Origin: an uncultured Acutalibacter sp.
GTDB taxonomy: Bacteria > Bacillota > Clostridia > Oscillospirales > Acutalibacteraceae
Assembly: GCA_963559705.1 (NCBI GenBank)
Contig: CAUWLU010000006.1
Span: 1,095 to 65,094 of the forward strand
Direction: 5' to 3'
DNA length: 64,000 nt
Each line of letters starts with the position of its first letter. Position 1 is the first letter of the stretch. The translations under genes and the position numbers were made by a program. The notes under the pieces are model-generated. The model was not told where the DNA came from. It ran no database searches and saw only the letters and a list, made by a program, of their open reading frames with translations. Shown here in pieces: positions 1-11,900 of this stretch.

Positions 1-47
1 TCGGGATGCCCCTCAGTGACGGATTCTGATGTAAACAACTTCTTCAT
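1..47 (-). CDS. metK: S-adenosylmethionine synthetase, first 15 codons only (gene runs off the left edge)
   Basis: The reverse complement of 47..1 reads ATG AAG AAG TTG TTT ACA TCA GAA TCC GTC ACT GAG GGG CAT CCC, which translates to MKKLFTSESVTEGHP. This is the conserved MetK N-terminus (FTSESVxEGHPDK). A GGAAAGGGG RBS lies upstream, and the gene sits directly behind a SAM riboswitch. Confidence 0.85.
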   Translation of the reverse strand, partial: MKKLFTSESVTEGHP

Positions 48-104
48 GACAATTCCCCTTTCCTTTTGTTTCTATTCCCATCAAGTTCTATTTGACAAAA
101 GATC

Positions 105-244
105 ACAAAAAAGGACCGCTCGAAAAACGAGGGTCCTTTTGTTACCTCATCTTTCGGTTTGCACCGCAGGAATTGGCACCTTATGGCATCGCCATAGGTT
201 GCCGGGCATCACAGGGCCTGTCCCTCCGCCTCTCTTGATAAGGA
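105..244 (-). promoter_or_regulatory. SAM-I (S-box) riboswitch, aptamer about 244->145 plus intrinsic terminator 136->105
   Basis: The minus strand reads CCTTATCAAGAGAGGCGGAGGGACAGGCCCTGTGATGCCCGGCAACC...GGTGCCAATTCCTGC...GAAAGATGAGG, matching the conserved S-box core. It is followed by GGACCCTCG-TTTTT-CGAGCGGTCC and a T6 run. Confidence 0.9.
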
Positions 245-265
245 AATATTCTGTTTCTGACAAAT

Positions 266-294
266 AGTATATCACTTTGTCAAGATTCTGTCAA
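266..294 (-). promoter_or_regulatory. sigma-A type promoter for the riboswitch-metK unit
   Basis: Minus strand has TTGACA (294..289), a 17-nt spacer and TATACT (271..266). Confidence 0.6.
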
Positions 295-371
295 CGGGAA
301 GTTTTTGGGTCATCCAAAACCCGTGAAAATCCAGGGGTGATTGGCTCAAATCCTTTGACAAAAAAATATGC

Positions 372-396
372 AAAAAAGCCGCCCACAAGGGGCGGC
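372..396 (-). terminator. rho-independent terminator after tuf
   Basis: Minus strand reads GCCGCCCC-TTGT-GGGCGGC followed by TTTTTT, 33 nt downstream of the tuf stop. Confidence 0.75.
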
Positions 397-428
397 TTCT
401 TCGTTCTCAAAGTATCTTTGAAAGAAAC

Positions 429-1631
429 TTAAGCGTTGATAGCAGTAACAACGCCGGAGCCAACAGTACGGCCACCCTCACGGATAGCAAAACGCAGGCC
501 CTCTTCGATAGCGATAGGAGTGATCAGCTCAACGTCCATCACAACGTTATCGCCAGGCATGCACATCTCGGTGCCCTCGGGCAGGGAGATAACGCCGGTT
601 ACGTCGGTGGTACGGAAATAGAACTGAGGACGATAGTTGTTGAAGAAGGGAGTATGACGGCCGCCTTCATCCTTGGTCAGAACGTAAACCTGGCCCTTGA
701 ACTTGGTGTGGGGATGAATGGTGCCGGGCTTAGCCAGAACCTGGCCACGCTCGATGTCAGTTCTCTGAATGCCGCGCAGCAGAACGCCGATGTTGTCGCC
801 AGCCTCAGCGTAATCCAGCAGCTTGCGGAACATTTCGATACCGGTGACAACAGACTTACGAGTCTCGTCAGCCAGACCGACAATCTCAACTTCCTCGGAC
901 ATCTTCAACTGGCCACGCTCCACACGGCCAGTAGCAACGGTGCCACGGCCAGTGATGGTGAACACGTCCTCAACGGGCATCAGGAAGGGCTGGTCAGCCT
1001 TACGCTCGGGAGTGGGGATATACTCGTCAACAGCGTCCATGAGTTCCAGAATGCACTTGTACTCGGGAGCGTTGATGTCGGTGGAAGAGCTCTCCAGAGC
1101 AGCCAGAGCGGAACCTTTGATAATGGGGGTATCATCGCCGGGGAACTCATACTCATTGAGCAGGTCGCGGACTTCCATCTCAACCAGTTCCAGCAATTCG
1201 GGATCGTCCACCTGATCACACTTGTTCATGAACACGACGATATAAGGCACGCCCACCTGACGGGACAGCAGGATGTGCTCGCGGGTCTGAGGCATGGGGC
1301 CGTCAGCAGCAGACACAACCAGGATAGCGCCGTCCATCTGAGCGGCACCAGTGATCATGTTCTTCACGTAGTCGGCGTGTCCGGGGCAGTCCACGTGAGC
1401 GTAGTGACGGTTGTCAGTCTGATACTCAACGTGAGAGGTGTTGATGGTAATGCCGCGCTCACGCTCTTCAGGGGCCTTATCAATGTTGGCGTAATCCATG
1501 AAAGCGGCGTCGCCCTTCATGGCCAGAACCTTGGTGATAGCAGCGGTCAGAGTGGTCTTACCGTGGTCAACGTGGCCAATAGTGCCAATGTTAACGTGCG
1601 GTTTGTTTCTTTCAAATTTTTCCTTTGCCAT
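429..1631 (-). CDS. tuf: elongation factor Tu
   Basis: 400-aa ORF with [17 protein letters not shown] and NKCD GTPase motifs. Full-length EF-Tu-like sequence. Confidence 0.98.
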   Translation of the reverse strand: MAKEKFERNKPHVNIGTIGHVDHGKTTLTAAITKVLAMKGDAAFMDYANIDKAPEERERGITINTSHVEYQTDNRHYAHVDCPGHADYVKNMITGAAQMDGAILVVSAADGPMPQTREHILLSRQVGVPYIVVFMNKCDQVDDPELLELVEMEVRDLLNEYEFPGDDTPIIKGSALAALESSSTDINAPEYKCILELMDAVDEYIPTPERKADQPFLMPVEDVFTITGRGTVATGRVERGQLKMSEEVEIVGLADETRKSVVTGIEMFRKLLDYAEAGDNIGVLLRGIQRTDIERGQVLAKPGTIHPHTKFKGQVYVLTKDEGGRHTPFFNNYRPQFYFRTTDVTGVISLPEGTEMCMPGDNVVMDVELITPIAIEEGLRFAIREGGRTVGSGVVTAINA

Positions 1632-1729
1632 TGGGATTTCCTCCTTTAACTTGCAAGAAAAGATTATTCCGGCTTTATAAGCTCCATTTTAACAATAAAG
1701 CTGTGAAAAAGCAAGTGTATTTTTAACAC

Positions 1730-3826
1730 TTATTCGGACTTTTTGCCCCGCTCGGAGATGATCTTCTCAGAGATATTCTTGGGAACCTCAGCATAGTGAG
1801 CAGGCTCCATGGTGTACTGACCACGACCCTGAGTCTTAGACCGCATGTCGGTGGCGTAACCAAACATCTCGGACAGGGGCACCTCGGCGTTGACCTGCTG
1901 GGCGCCAGGAATAGCGTCCATACCCAGGATCATGCCGCGGCGGGAGTTCAGGTCGCCGATAACGTCGCCCATGTACTCCTCGGGAGTGATGACGGTAACC
2001 TTCATGATGGGCTCCATCAGCACGGGATCAGCCTTGCGCATAGCCTCCTTGAAGGCCATAGAACCGGCGATCTTAAATGCCATTTCAGAGGAGTCCACTT
2101 CGTGATAAGAACCATCGTACAGGGTGACCTTCACGTCCACAACATTGTAGCCGGCCAACACACCGGACTGCATAGCGCCCTGGATACCCTGATCAACAGC
2201 GGGGATATACTCCTTCGGGATCGCGCCGCCAACAACAGCGTTGACGAACTCATAACCCTGACCGGGATTGGGCTCAATGCGGATCTTAACGTGACCGTAC
2301 TGACCCTTACCACCGGACTGACGAGCATACTTGGTATCCACATCAGCGTTCTTGCGGATGGTCTCTTTATAAGCAACCTGGGGCTTACCAACGTTGGCTT
2401 CCACCTTGAACTCACGCATCAGACGGTCCACGATGATCTCCAGATGGAGCTCACCCATACCGGCGATGATGGTCTGACCAGTCTCTTCGTCGGTGTAAGC
2501 CTTAAAGGTGGGGTCCTCTTCTGCCAGCTTGGCAAGTGCAATGCCCATCTTCTCCTGGCCGGCCTTGGTCTTAGGCTCGATGGCCACGCGGATAACGGGG
2601 TCCGGGAACTCCATGGACTCCAGAATGACGGGATGCTTCTCGTCGCACAGGGTATCGCCGGTGGTGGTGTTCTTCAGACCCACAGCAGCAGCGATATCGC
2701 CGGCGTACACACGGTCGATATCCTTCCGGTCGTTAGCGTGCATCTGCACAATACGGCCCATGCGCTCGTTGTTGTCCTTCACGGAGTTGTACACCGTAGA
2801 ACCGGCCTCAACAGTACCGGAGTAGACACGGAAGAAGCACAGCTTGCCCACGAAGGGGTCGGTTGCGATCTTAAATGCCAGAGCGGAGAAGGGCTCGTCG
2901 TCGGAAGAATGCCGCACTTCCTCTTCCTCAGTCTCGGGGTTAACACCCTTAATGGGAGGAATATCGGTGGGAGCGGGCATATAATCCACGATAGCGTCCA
3001 GCAGCTTCTGAACGCCCTTATTCTTATAAGAAGTACCGCAGGTAACGGGAACCATGTGGTTAGCAATGGTGGACTTGCGGATGCAGTCCTTAATCTCGTT
3101 GATGGTCAGTTCCTCACCGGAGAGGTACTTGTCCATCAGCTCGTCGTCCTGCTCGGCCACGTGCTCCACCATTTCCATGTGGTACTTCTCGGCCAATTCC
3201 TTCATATCCTCGGGGATCTCTTCGCAGCGGATATCCTTGCCCAGGTCATCATAATAGACATAGGCCTTCATCTCCACCAAGTCGATGATTCCCTTGAAGG
3301 TGTCCTCGCTGCCAATGGGAAGCTGGATGGGCACCGCATTACACTTCAGGCGGTCCTTCATCATCTGAACGACGCGATAGAAATCGGCGCCCATGATGTC
3401 CATCTTGTTCACATAAGCCATACGGGGAACTTTGTATTCCTCAGCCTGACGCCAAACGGTCTCAGACTGGGGCTCCACGCCGCCTTTGGCGCAGAACACG
3501 GTGACGGAACCGTCCAGAACACGCAGAGAACGCTCCACTTCCACGGTGAAGTCCACGTGTCCGGGAGTGTCGATGATGTTGATACGGTTCTGCTTACCAT
3601 TGCGGTCCGGCCAGAAGCATGTGGTGGCAGCGGACGTAATGGTGATACCGCGCTCCTGCTCCTGGGCCATCCAGTCCATGGTGGCGGCGCCTTCGTGGGT
3701 CTCGCCGATCTTATAGTTGACGCCCGTGTAGAACAGGATACGCTCGGTAGTGGTGGTTTTACCGGCATCGATGTGGGCCATGATGCCGATGTTTCTGGTT
3801 AATTCCAGTGGTACCTGCCTGGCCAT
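1730..3826 (-). CDS. fusA: elongation factor G
   Basis: 698-aa ORF with [20 protein letters not shown] and NKMD motifs, in the str-operon context. Confidence 0.98.
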   Translation of the reverse strand: MARQVPLELTRNIGIMAHIDAGKTTTTERILFYTGVNYKIGETHEGAATMDWMAQEQERGITITSAATTCFWPDRNGKQNRINIIDTPGHVDFTVEVERSLRVLDGSVTVFCAKGGVEPQSETVWRQAEEYKVPRMAYVNKMDIMGADFYRVVQMMKDRLKCNAVPIQLPIGSEDTFKGIIDLVEMKAYVYYDDLGKDIRCEEIPEDMKELAEKYHMEMVEHVAEQDDELMDKYLSGEELTINEIKDCIRKSTIANHMVPVTCGTSYKNKGVQKLLDAIVDYMPAPTDIPPIKGVNPETEEEEVRHSSDDEPFSALAFKIATDPFVGKLCFFRVYSGTVEAGSTVYNSVKDNNERMGRIVQMHANDRKDIDRVYAGDIAAAVGLKNTTTGDTLCDEKHPVILESMEFPDPVIRVAIEPKTKAGQEKMGIALAKLAEEDPTFKAYTDEETGQTIIAGMGELHLEIIVDRLMREFKVEANVGKPQVAYKETIRKNADVDTKYARQSGGKGQYGHVKIRIEPNPGQGYEFVNAVVGGAIPKEYIPAVDQGIQGAMQSGVLAGYNVVDVKVTLYDGSYHEVDSSEMAFKIAGSMAFKEAMRKADPVLMEPIMKVTVITPEEYMGDVIGDLNSRRGMILGMDAIPGAQQVNAEVPLSEMFGYATDMRSKTQGRGQYTMEPAHYAEVPKNISEKIISERGKKSE

Positions 3827-3847
3827 AAATTCCTCCTTAACAATACC

Positions 3848-4318
3848 TTACCATCTGTAATGTGCGAAGGCTCTGTTGGCCTCTGCCATCTTGTGTGTAT
3901 CTTCACGCTTCTTGGCGGCGCCGCCAGCGCCGTTGACAGCGTCGAGGATTTCGCCGGCAAGTCTCTCTTTCATGGTGCGCTCGGAACGACTGCGGGAGTA
4001 AGAAGTGAGCCACCGCAGGCCCAGGGTCTGCCGCCGCTCGGGACGGACTTCCATGGGCACCTGATAGGTGGAGCCGCCAACACGGCGAGCCTTAACCTCC
4101 AGGCTGGGCATCACGTTCTCCATGGCCTGCTCAAAAACCTCCAGGGGTTCTTTGCCGGTCTTCTCCTGCACAATCTCAAAGGCACCGTACACAATCTTCT
4201 GTGCAACGCCCTTCTTGCCATCCAGCATCACGCTGTTGATCAGGCGGGTGACGAGCTTGGAATTATACATAGGATCGGGCAAAACGTCGCGCTTTGCCAC
4301 ATTGCCTCTTCTTGGCAT
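3848..4318 (-). CDS. rpsG: 30S ribosomal protein S7
   Basis: The ORF track extends to 4366. The conserved S7 N-terminus [16 protein letters not shown] starts at the internal ATG at 4318, giving 156 aa. Confidence 0.95.
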   Translation of the reverse strand: MPRRGNVAKRDVLPDPMYNSKLVTRLINSVMLDGKKGVAQKIVYGAFEIVQEKTGKEPLEVFEQAMENVMPSLEVKARRVGGSTYQVPMEVRPERRQTLGLRWLTSYSRSRSERTMKERLAGEILDAVNGAGGAAKKREDTHKMAEANRAFAHYRW

Positions 4319-4494
4319 GATCTTCCCTCCTTCATAAAATGATATCATCGGTACTCGAAAGCACAAAACTCCCGTTGGCCAAATCGCGGCAAATTACGGT
4401 CCCAGGGGAACAAGTGTAATATGCCAGTTTCCGCGCCTTGCGCGGTCAGCCATACGAATTCTGCGATTGAGCGAAAGGAAATAAGCGGTTTCGC

Positions 4495-4920
4495 TTACTT
4501 CTTAGCGCCGGCCTTAGGCCGCTTGGCGCCGTACTTGGAACGGGCCTGCATGCGCTTGGCAACGCCCTGGGCGTCCAGAGTGCCGCGGATGATGTGGTAA
4601 CGCACGCCGGGCAGGTCGCGCACACGACCGCCACGGATCATGACCACGCTGTGCTCCTGCAGGTTGTGACCCACGCCAGGGATATAGGCGGTCACTTCGA
4701 TTCCGTTGGAAAGCCGGACTCTGGCGATCTTCCGCAGAGCGGAGTTAGGCTTCTTAGGAGTCTGAGTTTTCACAGTTGTGCAGACACCGCGCTTCTGGGG
4801 GGAATCCTGATCGATAGCGGTACGCTTCTTGGAGTTCCAGCCCTTGAGCAGGGCAGGCGCTTTGCTCTTCTTGTCCGCAACGGAACGGCCGTTGTGGATC
4901 AGCTGATTAAAGGTTGGCAT
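4495..4920 (-). CDS. rpsL: 30S ribosomal protein S12
   Basis: The conserved MPTFNQLI start is at 4920, preceded by an AAGGAGGTG RBS. The KKPNSALRK motif is present. The track's ORF start at 4977 is an upstream in-frame extension. Confidence 0.95.
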   Translation of the reverse strand: MPTFNQLIHNGRSVADKKSKAPALLKGWNSKKRTAIDQDSPQKRGVCTTVKTQTPKKPNSALRKIARVRLSNGIEVTAYIPGVGHNLQEHSVVMIRGGRVRDLPGVRYHIIRGTLDAQGVAKRMQARSKYGAKRPKAGAKK

Positions 4921-5121
4921 ATTGCACCTCCTTATTAAAATAATACTATATGTGCTGGCTTTCGCCTTGGCACCCATTTCATTGTGCGGCCCGGCAGAAA
5001 CAGGAAGCGCCCCGGCACATTGCCGGAGCGCGGTTTCCCATATTTCCTAGAATTTTCTGCCCTCTTCCCCGTTTCATTGGTGGAAATGGGCAGGTTCTAC
5101 CCGAAAACCGCTCAGTTGTTT

Positions 5122-5151
5122 ATTATAGCACTCACTTTGCGATTTTGTCAA
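5122..5151 (-). promoter_or_regulatory. strong sigma-A promoter (extended -10) for rpsL-rpsG-fusA-tuf
   Basis: Minus strand has TTGACA (5151..5146), an 18-nt spacer ending in TGc, and TATAAT (5127..5122). About 195 nt of leader follows before the rpsL ATG. Confidence 0.65.
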
Positions 5152-5192
5152 GGTATTTCCCATTTTTCCGGGAATTTTCCAGCGTCCTCTTT

Positions 5193-8100
5193 TCAGGCGC
5201 CGGCCTGTTCCATGTCCTCTTCCCCGGACCCCTCCGGATCGGCCTCTTCCCCCAGAAGGAGATCCTCCTCCAGCAGGTCGCCGGCATCTTCCTCAAAGTC
5301 GTCTGCGGGCAGCTCCTCGTCGTGAGAAGAAACCGGCTCCTCCTTGGGGCCATCGTCCTCAGGACCGCCCACGGGCGTGATGTCCACATCGCTGTAGCAC
5401 TTCATGCCAGTGCCGGCGGGAACCAGCTTACCGATGATGACGTTCTCCTTCAGACCAATCAGATTGTCCACCTTGCCCTTGATGGCGGCATCGGTCAGGA
5501 CACGAGTGGTCTCCTGGAAGGAGGCGGCAGACAGGAAGGAATCCGTGGCCAAGGAGGCCTTGGTGATACCCAGCAGGATGGGCGTATAGGTGGCCTCCCG
5601 CAGCTCGGTCTCGCCATTGGCGATGCGCTCGCGGATCTGCTCGTTGGCAGTGAGAACCTCGTTCTTATCCGCCAAGGAGCTGACCAACAGACCGGTATCT
5701 CCCGCGTCGTCCACGCGGACCTTCCGCAGCATCTGGCGCACAATGATCTCGATGTGCTTATCGTTGGTGTCAACACCCTGCATACGGTACACGCGCTGCA
5801 CTTCCTGGATCAGGTAGTTCTGAACCTCCTGGGTGCCGCTGATGGCCAGTACATCATGGGGATTGACGGAGCCCTCTGTGATGCGCTTGCCGCGCTTGAT
5901 ATACTCCCCTTCCTTCACCGTCAAGCGGCTGCCGAAGGGAATGAGATAGGAGCGGGAATCGCCGGTCTCCTCATTGGTAACCACCACATGGCGGCTCTTC
6001 TTGATCTCCTGGAAGGCAACCTTGCCGTCGATCTCGTTGATGATTGCCACATGCTTGGGCTTGCGGGCCTCAAACAGTTCTTCCACACGGGGAAGACCCT
6101 GGGTGATATCTTCCTCACTGGCAACACCGCCAGTATGGAAGGTACGCATGGTCAGCTGCGTGCCGGGCTCGCCGATGGACTGAGCTGCGATGATACCCAC
6201 AGCCTCGCCCACAGTGACCGCCTTGCCGTTTGCCAGAGAAGCGCCGTAACACTTGCGGCACACGCCGTTCTTGGCGCGGCAATTGAGCACAGAGCGAATC
6301 TTGATGCGTTCCACGCCATGGGCAGTGATGATATCGGCATCGTTGTCATCCATCAGCTTATCCTTCGAGACCAGCACAGTGCCGTCCTCGTCGCAGAAGT
6401 CCTCCACCAGGTAGCGTCCGGTCAGACGCTCCTTCAAAGGCTCGATGGACTCGGGGCCGGAGGTGATCTCGAAAACCTCCAGGCCGTCCGTAGTGCCGCA
6501 GTCGTCCTCCAGAATGATAACCTCCTGAGAAACGTCCACCAAACGGCGGGTCAGGTAACCGGAGTCGGCGGTACGCAGAGCCGTATCGGCCAGACCCTTC
6601 CGGGCGCCTCGAGAGGAGATGAAGTATTCCAAAATGTTCAAGCCTTCACGGTAATTGGCTCGGATGGGGATTTCGATGGTCTTACCGGAGGTGTTTGCAA
6701 TCAGTCCGCGCATACCGGCCAACTGACGAATCTGGCTCATGGAGCCTCGGGCGCCGGAGTCTGCCATCATGTAGATGGGGTTGTAACGGTCCAGACCCTT
6801 CTGCAGGGCATCGGTAACGTCGTTTGTGGCCTTTTCCCAAGTGCGCAGCACCGCGTTGTAGCGTTCCGCGTCGGACAGGAAACCCTCCGCATACTCGGCG
6901 CGAATCTCGTCGATTTCCGTATCGGCAGCAGCCAGGATGTCCTTCTTGGAAGCAGGAATCGTGGCGTCGCAGACAGCAACTGTGATACCGCTGATGGTGG
7001 AGTATTTATACCCCTGGGCCTTGACCTCATCCAGCACCTCTGCGGTGCGCTCGGTTCCATGAACCTTGATGCAGCGGTCAATGATATTGCCCAGCTGCTT
7101 CTTTCCCACCAGGAAGTCGATTTCAAACTTCAAGGCCTCTTCGGGAGTGGAGCGGGTCACATATCCCAAATCCTGGGGAACAGGACGGTTGAAGATCATG
7201 CGGCCCATGGTGGTCTCCACCATACCGGTGACTTGTTCGCCCTGAAACTCCACGGTCCTGCGGACTTTGATCTTGGAGTGCAGTGTGATTTCCTTGGCGT
7301 CATAGGCCATCATGGCCTCATCCATATTGCGGAACATCTTGCCCTCGCCAGGCTCCCCTTCCTTGTCCAAAGTCAAGTAATAGGAACCCAGCACCATGTC
7401 CTGCGTGGGCACGGTAACAGGACGGCCGTCCGAAGGCTTCAGCAGGTTGTTGGCTGCCAGCATCAGGAAGCGGGCTTCCGCCTGGGCCTCTGCGGACAGG
7501 GGCACGTGAACAGCCATCTGGTCTCCGTCAAAGTCGGCGTTGTATGCAGTACACACCAGGGGGTGCAGCTTCAGAGCGCGGCCTTCCACCAGGACGGGCT
7601 CGAAGGCCTGGATGCCCAAACGGTGCAGCGTAGGCGCGCGGTTGAGCAGCACGGGATGGTTCTTGATGACCACTTCCAGGGCGTCCCACACCTCGGGCTT
7701 CGCACGCTCTACCGACTTGCGGGCCGCCTTGATGTTGCCCACGGCGCCGGTCTCCACCAGGCGCTTCATGACAAAGGGCTTGAACAGCTCCAAAGCCATC
7801 TCCTTGGGCAGACCGCACTGGTACATCTTCAGTTCGGGGCCAACCACGATAACAGAACGGCCAGAGTAGTCCACACGCTTGCCCAGCAGGTTCTGACGGA
7901 AACGGCCCTGCTTGCCCTTGAGCAGGTCGGACAGGGACTTCAAGGGACGGTTGTTGGGGCCGGTGACAGGACGGCCGCGGCGGCCGTTGTCAATCAGTGC
8001 GTCCACAGCTTCCTGAAGCATACGCTTCTCGTTGCGGACGATGATGTCCGGAGCGCCCAGCTCCAGCAATCTCTTCAAACGGTTGTTCCGGTTGATGACC

Positions 8101-8879
8101 CGGCGGTACAGGTCGTTCAAGTCGCTGGTGGCGAAGCGTCCGCCGTCCAACTGCACCATGGGACGGATATCAGGAGGACAGACAGGCACTGCATCCAGAA
8201 TCATCCACTCCGGACGGTTGCCGGAAATGCGGAAGGACTCCACCACTTCCAGCCGCTTCAAAATCCGCACACGCTTTTGGCCGGAGGCAGTCTCCAGCTC
8301 CTCCTTCAGCTCCTGGCTGGTTTTCTCAACGTCAATATCTTCCAGAAGCTTCTTGATCGCCTCGGCGCCCATACCCGCTTCAAAATCATCCTCGTACTTC
8401 TCCCGAAGATCCCGGTACTCCCGCTCCGTAAGGGTCTGCATCTTGGACAGCTCCCGCACGCTGCCGGGATTGGTCACGATGTACATGGAGAAGTAGAGCA
8501 CACGCTCCAGCACCCGGGGAGAGAGATCCAGAATCAGGCCCATCCGAGAGGGGATGCCCTTGAAATACCAAATATGGGACACGGGAGCCGCCAGCTCGAT
8601 ATGGCCCATACGCTCGCGGCGGACCTTGGAACGGGTGACCTCTACGCCGCATCGGTCACAGATCTTTCCCTTATACCGGATGCGCTTGTACTTGCCGCAG
8701 TGGCACTCCCAGTCTTTTGTAGGCCCAAAAATGCGCTCGCAGAACAGGCCGTCCCGCTCGGGCTTCAAGGTGCGGTAGTTGATGGTCTCCGGCTTCTTCA
8801 CCTCACCGTGGGACCACTCGCGGATCTGGTCGGGAGAAGCAAGGCCGATCTTGATCGATTCCAACGTGTTAAATTCCAT
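5193..8879 (-). CDS. rpoC: DNA-directed RNA polymerase subunit beta-prime
   Basis: 1228-aa ORF with the zinc-finger [23 protein letters not shown], the catalytic NADFDGD motif and an acidic C-terminal tail. Confidence 0.98.
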   Translation of the reverse strand: MEFNTLESIKIGLASPDQIREWSHGEVKKPETINYRTLKPERDGLFCERIFGPTKDWECHCGKYKRIRYKGKICDRCGVEVTRSKVRRERMGHIELAAPVSHIWYFKGIPSRMGLILDLSPRVLERVLYFSMYIVTNPGSVRELSKMQTLTEREYRDLREKYEDDFEAGMGAEAIKKLLEDIDVEKTSQELKEELETASGQKRVRILKRLEVVESFRISGNRPEWMILDAVPVCPPDIRPMVQLDGGRFATSDLNDLYRRVINRNNRLKRLLELGAPDIIVRNEKRMLQEAVDALIDNGRRGRPVTGPNNRPLKSLSDLLKGKQGRFRQNLLGKRVDYSGRSVIVVGPELKMYQCGLPKEMALELFKPFVMKRLVETGAVGNIKAARKSVERAKPEVWDALEVVIKNHPVLLNRAPTLHRLGIQAFEPVLVEGRALKLHPLVCTAYNADFDGDQMAVHVPLSAEAQAEARFLMLAANNLLKPSDGRPVTVPTQDMVLGSYYLTLDKEGEPGEGKMFRNMDEAMMAYDAKEITLHSKIKVRRTVEFQGEQVTGMVETTMGRMIFNRPVPQDLGYVTRSTPEEALKFEIDFLVGKKQLGNIIDRCIKVHGTERTAEVLDEVKAQGYKYSTISGITVAVCDATIPASKKDILAAADTEIDEIRAEYAEGFLSDAERYNAVLRTWEKATNDVTDALQKGLDRYNPIYMMADSGARGSMSQIRQLAGMRGLIANTSGKTIEIPIRANYREGLNILEYFISSRGARKGLADTALRTADSGYLTRRLVDVSQEVIILEDDCGTTDGLEVFEITSGPESIEPLKERLTGRYLVEDFCDEDGTVLVSKDKLMDDNDADIITAHGVERIKIRSVLNCRAKNGVCRKCYGASLANGKAVTVGEAVGIIAAQSIGEPGTQLTMRTFHTGGVASEEDITQGLPRVEELFEARKPKHVAIINEIDGKVAFQEIKKSRHVVVTNEETGDSRSYLIPFGSRLTVKEGEYIKRGKRITEGSVNPHDVLAISGTQEVQNYLIQEVQRVYRMQGVDTNDKHIEIIVRQMLRKVRVDDAGDTGLLVSSLADKNEVLTANEQIRERIANGETELREATYTPILLGITKASLATDSFLSAASFQETTRVLTDAAIKGKVDNLIGLKENVIIGKLVPAGTGMKCYSDVDITPVGGPEDDGPKEEPVSSHDEELPADDFEEDAGDLLEEDLLLGEEADPEGSGEEDMEQAGA

Positions 8880-8901
8880 AACTTCGTTTCTCCCTTCTCA
8901 A

Positions 8902-11900
8902 TCACAGAAAGCTGTCGTCGCCGTCATCGCTGTCGAAGCCTTCGTCATAGTCGTCGTTGGTATAGCTGTCCTCTTCCAGGGGATTGCCTTCGTCATCCTC
9001 TACGCCATAACCATCCAGATTATCAGCCACAGTGCGCTCGTCAAAAATGGGGTCCTCGTTTTCCACCTGGCGGAAGCCCACGTCCTCGTCATCGTCAAAG
9101 TTTTGCTTCAGGTCAATCTCCTGATTGTCCTTATCCAGCACCTTCACATCCAAACTCAGGGACTGCAGCTCCTTGATAAGCACCTTGAAAGACTCGGGGA
9201 TGCCGGGCTTGGGAATGTTCTGGCCCTTGACAATGGCTTCATACGTCTTTACACGGCCCACCACGTCGTCGGACTTCACCGTCAGGATCTCCTGCAGGGT
9301 GTAAGCAGCGCCGTAAGCCTCCAGCGCCCACACTTCCATTTCGCCGAAGCGCTGTCCGCCGAACTGAGCCTTGCCGCCCAAGGGCTGCTGGGTGACCAAG
9401 CTGTAGGGACCGGTGGAACGGGCATGGATCTTATCGTCCACCAAATGGTGCAGCTTCAGGTAATACATATAGCCCACAGTGACGGGATTGTCGAAGTACT
9501 CGCCGGTACGGCCGTCGCGAAGCCAGAACTTGCCGTCCTCGCTGAGGCCGGACATCCGGAAGCACTCGCGGATATCCGCCTCATGAGCGCCGTCAAACAC
9601 AGGGGTCATGATCTTCCACCCCAAGGCCCGGGCAGCCATGCCCAGGTGAACCTCAAGGACCTGTCCGATGTTCATTCGGGAAGGCACGCCCAAGGGATTC
9701 AGCACGATATCCAGCGGAGTGCCGTCGGGCAGGAAGGGCATCTCCTCCTCCGGCAGAATCCGGGACACAACACCCTTGTTGCCGTGACGTCCGGCCATCT
9801 TATCGCCCACGGAGATCTTACGCTTCTGGGCAATGTAGCAGCGAACCACCTTGTTGACGCCGGGAGACAGCTCATCGTGGCTGTCCTCGCGGTTAAAGAC
9901 CTTCACGTCCACAACCACACCGTACTCGCCGTGGGGCACGCGGAGGGAGGTGTCACGGACCTCGCGGGCCTTCTCGCCGAAGATGGCCCGCAGCAGACGC
10001 TCTTCCGCCGTAAGCTCAGTCTCACCCTTGGGAGTGACTTTGCCCACCAGGATATCCCCGGCACGGACATCGGCGCCCACCCGGATAATACCCCGGTCAT
10101 CCAGGTCCTTGAGAAGCTCTTCATTGACGTTGGGGATATCCCGGGTGATCTCCTCCGGCCCCAGCTTGGTATCCCGGGCTTCCATCTCGTACTCCTCGAT
10201 GTGGATGGAGGTGTACACGTCCTCACGGACGATCTTTTCATTCAAAAGGACTGCGTCCTCGTAGTTATAGCCTTCCCAGGTCATAAAGCCGATCAGAGCG
10301 TTCTTGCCCAAGCTGATCTCGCCGTTCTTGATGGCGGGACCATCGGCAATGACAGCGCCCTCTTCCACGCGCTCGCCCACGGACACCACCGGCACCTGGT
10401 TGATGCAGGTGCTCTGGTTGGAGCGCATGAACTTGATGATCTGATAGTCGTCGATATCGCCGTTGTCGGCAGTGACGCGAACCAGGTTGGCGCTGACGGA
10501 CTTCACCACGCCGCCCCGCTTTGCCAGCACGCACACGCCGGAGTCCACGCCGGCCTTATATTCCATGCCAGTGCCGACAATGGGACTTTCTGTACGCAGC
10601 AGCGGCACAGCCTGCTTCTGCATGTTGGAGCCCATCAGAGCGCGGTTGGCGTCATCGTTCTCCAAGAAGGGAATCATAGCAGTGGCAACAGAAACGACCA
10701 TGCGGGGGCTGATATCCATGTAGTCCGCCTGAGACGCGGGCACTTCCACAAACTCGTCCCGATGACGGCCGTTGACGCGGGCATGGACGAAACGTCCCTC
10801 CTCGTCCAGAGGCTCGTTGGCCTGGGCCACCACGAAATCGTCCTCCTGGTCTGCGGTCATATATACCACATCGTCGGTCACCACACCGGTCTCTTTGTCC
10901 ACACGGCGGTACGGGGCTTCGATAAAGCCGTACTCATTGATGCGGGCAAAGGTAGCCAGGTAGGAGATCAAGCCGATGTTGGGACCTTCGGGAGTCTCAA
11001 TGGGGCACATACGTCCATAGTGCGTATAGTGTACGTCGCGGACCTCGAAGGAGGCGCGGTCACGGGACAAACCGCCGGGGCCCAGAGCGGACAGACGCCG
11101 CTTATGGGTCAGCTCGGACAGGGGGTTGGTCTGATCCATGAACTGAGACAGCGGAGAGGAGCCGAAAAACTCCTTGATAGCCGCCACCACAGGCCGGATA
11201 TTGATCAAGCTGTGGGGAGTCAGGGACTCCAGGTCCTGCGCCTGCAGCGTCATGCGCTCACGAATCACGCGCTCCAACCGAGAGAAGCCGATGCGGAACT
11301 GGTTCTGGAGCAGCTCGCCCACAGAACGAATACGCCGGTTGCCCAAGTGGTCGATGTCATCGGTGGTGCCCAAGCCCACAGCAAGGCAGTTCATATAGTT
11401 GATCGTGGAGAAAATGTCATCCACTGTGATGTGATTGGGGATCAGCTCGGCACGGCGGGCGCGCAGAGCCTCTTTCAGCTCCTCGTCATTCTGGGCGGTT
11501 TCCAGAATCTCCGCCAGGACGCGGTAGCACACGCGCTCGTTGATGCCGCACTCCTTCTTGGCGTCAAAATTCACATACTTCTGGATATCCACCATGCCGT
11601 TGGAGATGATCTTGACCTCTTTCTCATTGAGGAGGACCACCACGGAGGTGACGCCGGCATCATCCATCGCATCGGCCATTTCCTTTGTGACGGTCTGGCC
11701 GGGCTCGCCCATCACCTCGCCCGTGGAAGGATTCGCCACAGGCTGGGCCAGCACTTGGCCCACCAAGCGCCCTTCCAGGCGCAGCTTCTTATTGTACTTA
11801 TAGCGGCCCACACGGGAGAGATCGTACCGGCGAGGATCAAAGAACAGGCCGTTGATATGGGCCTGAGCGCTCTCGATGGTGGGAGGCTCGCTGGGGCGCA

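Noticed and set aside
16-267. 83-aa plus-strand ORF at the left edge.
   Set aside because: It lies antisense to a complete SAM-I riboswitch, its terminator and the metK start. It has no RBS and no recognisable protein features.
1632-1729. Weak hairpin AAGTGT-(7 nt)-ACACTT after fusA as a terminator between fusA and tuf.
   Set aside because: The stem is only 6 bp and AT-rich, with a modest T-run. tuf is normally co-transcribed with fusA. At most this is a weak attenuator.
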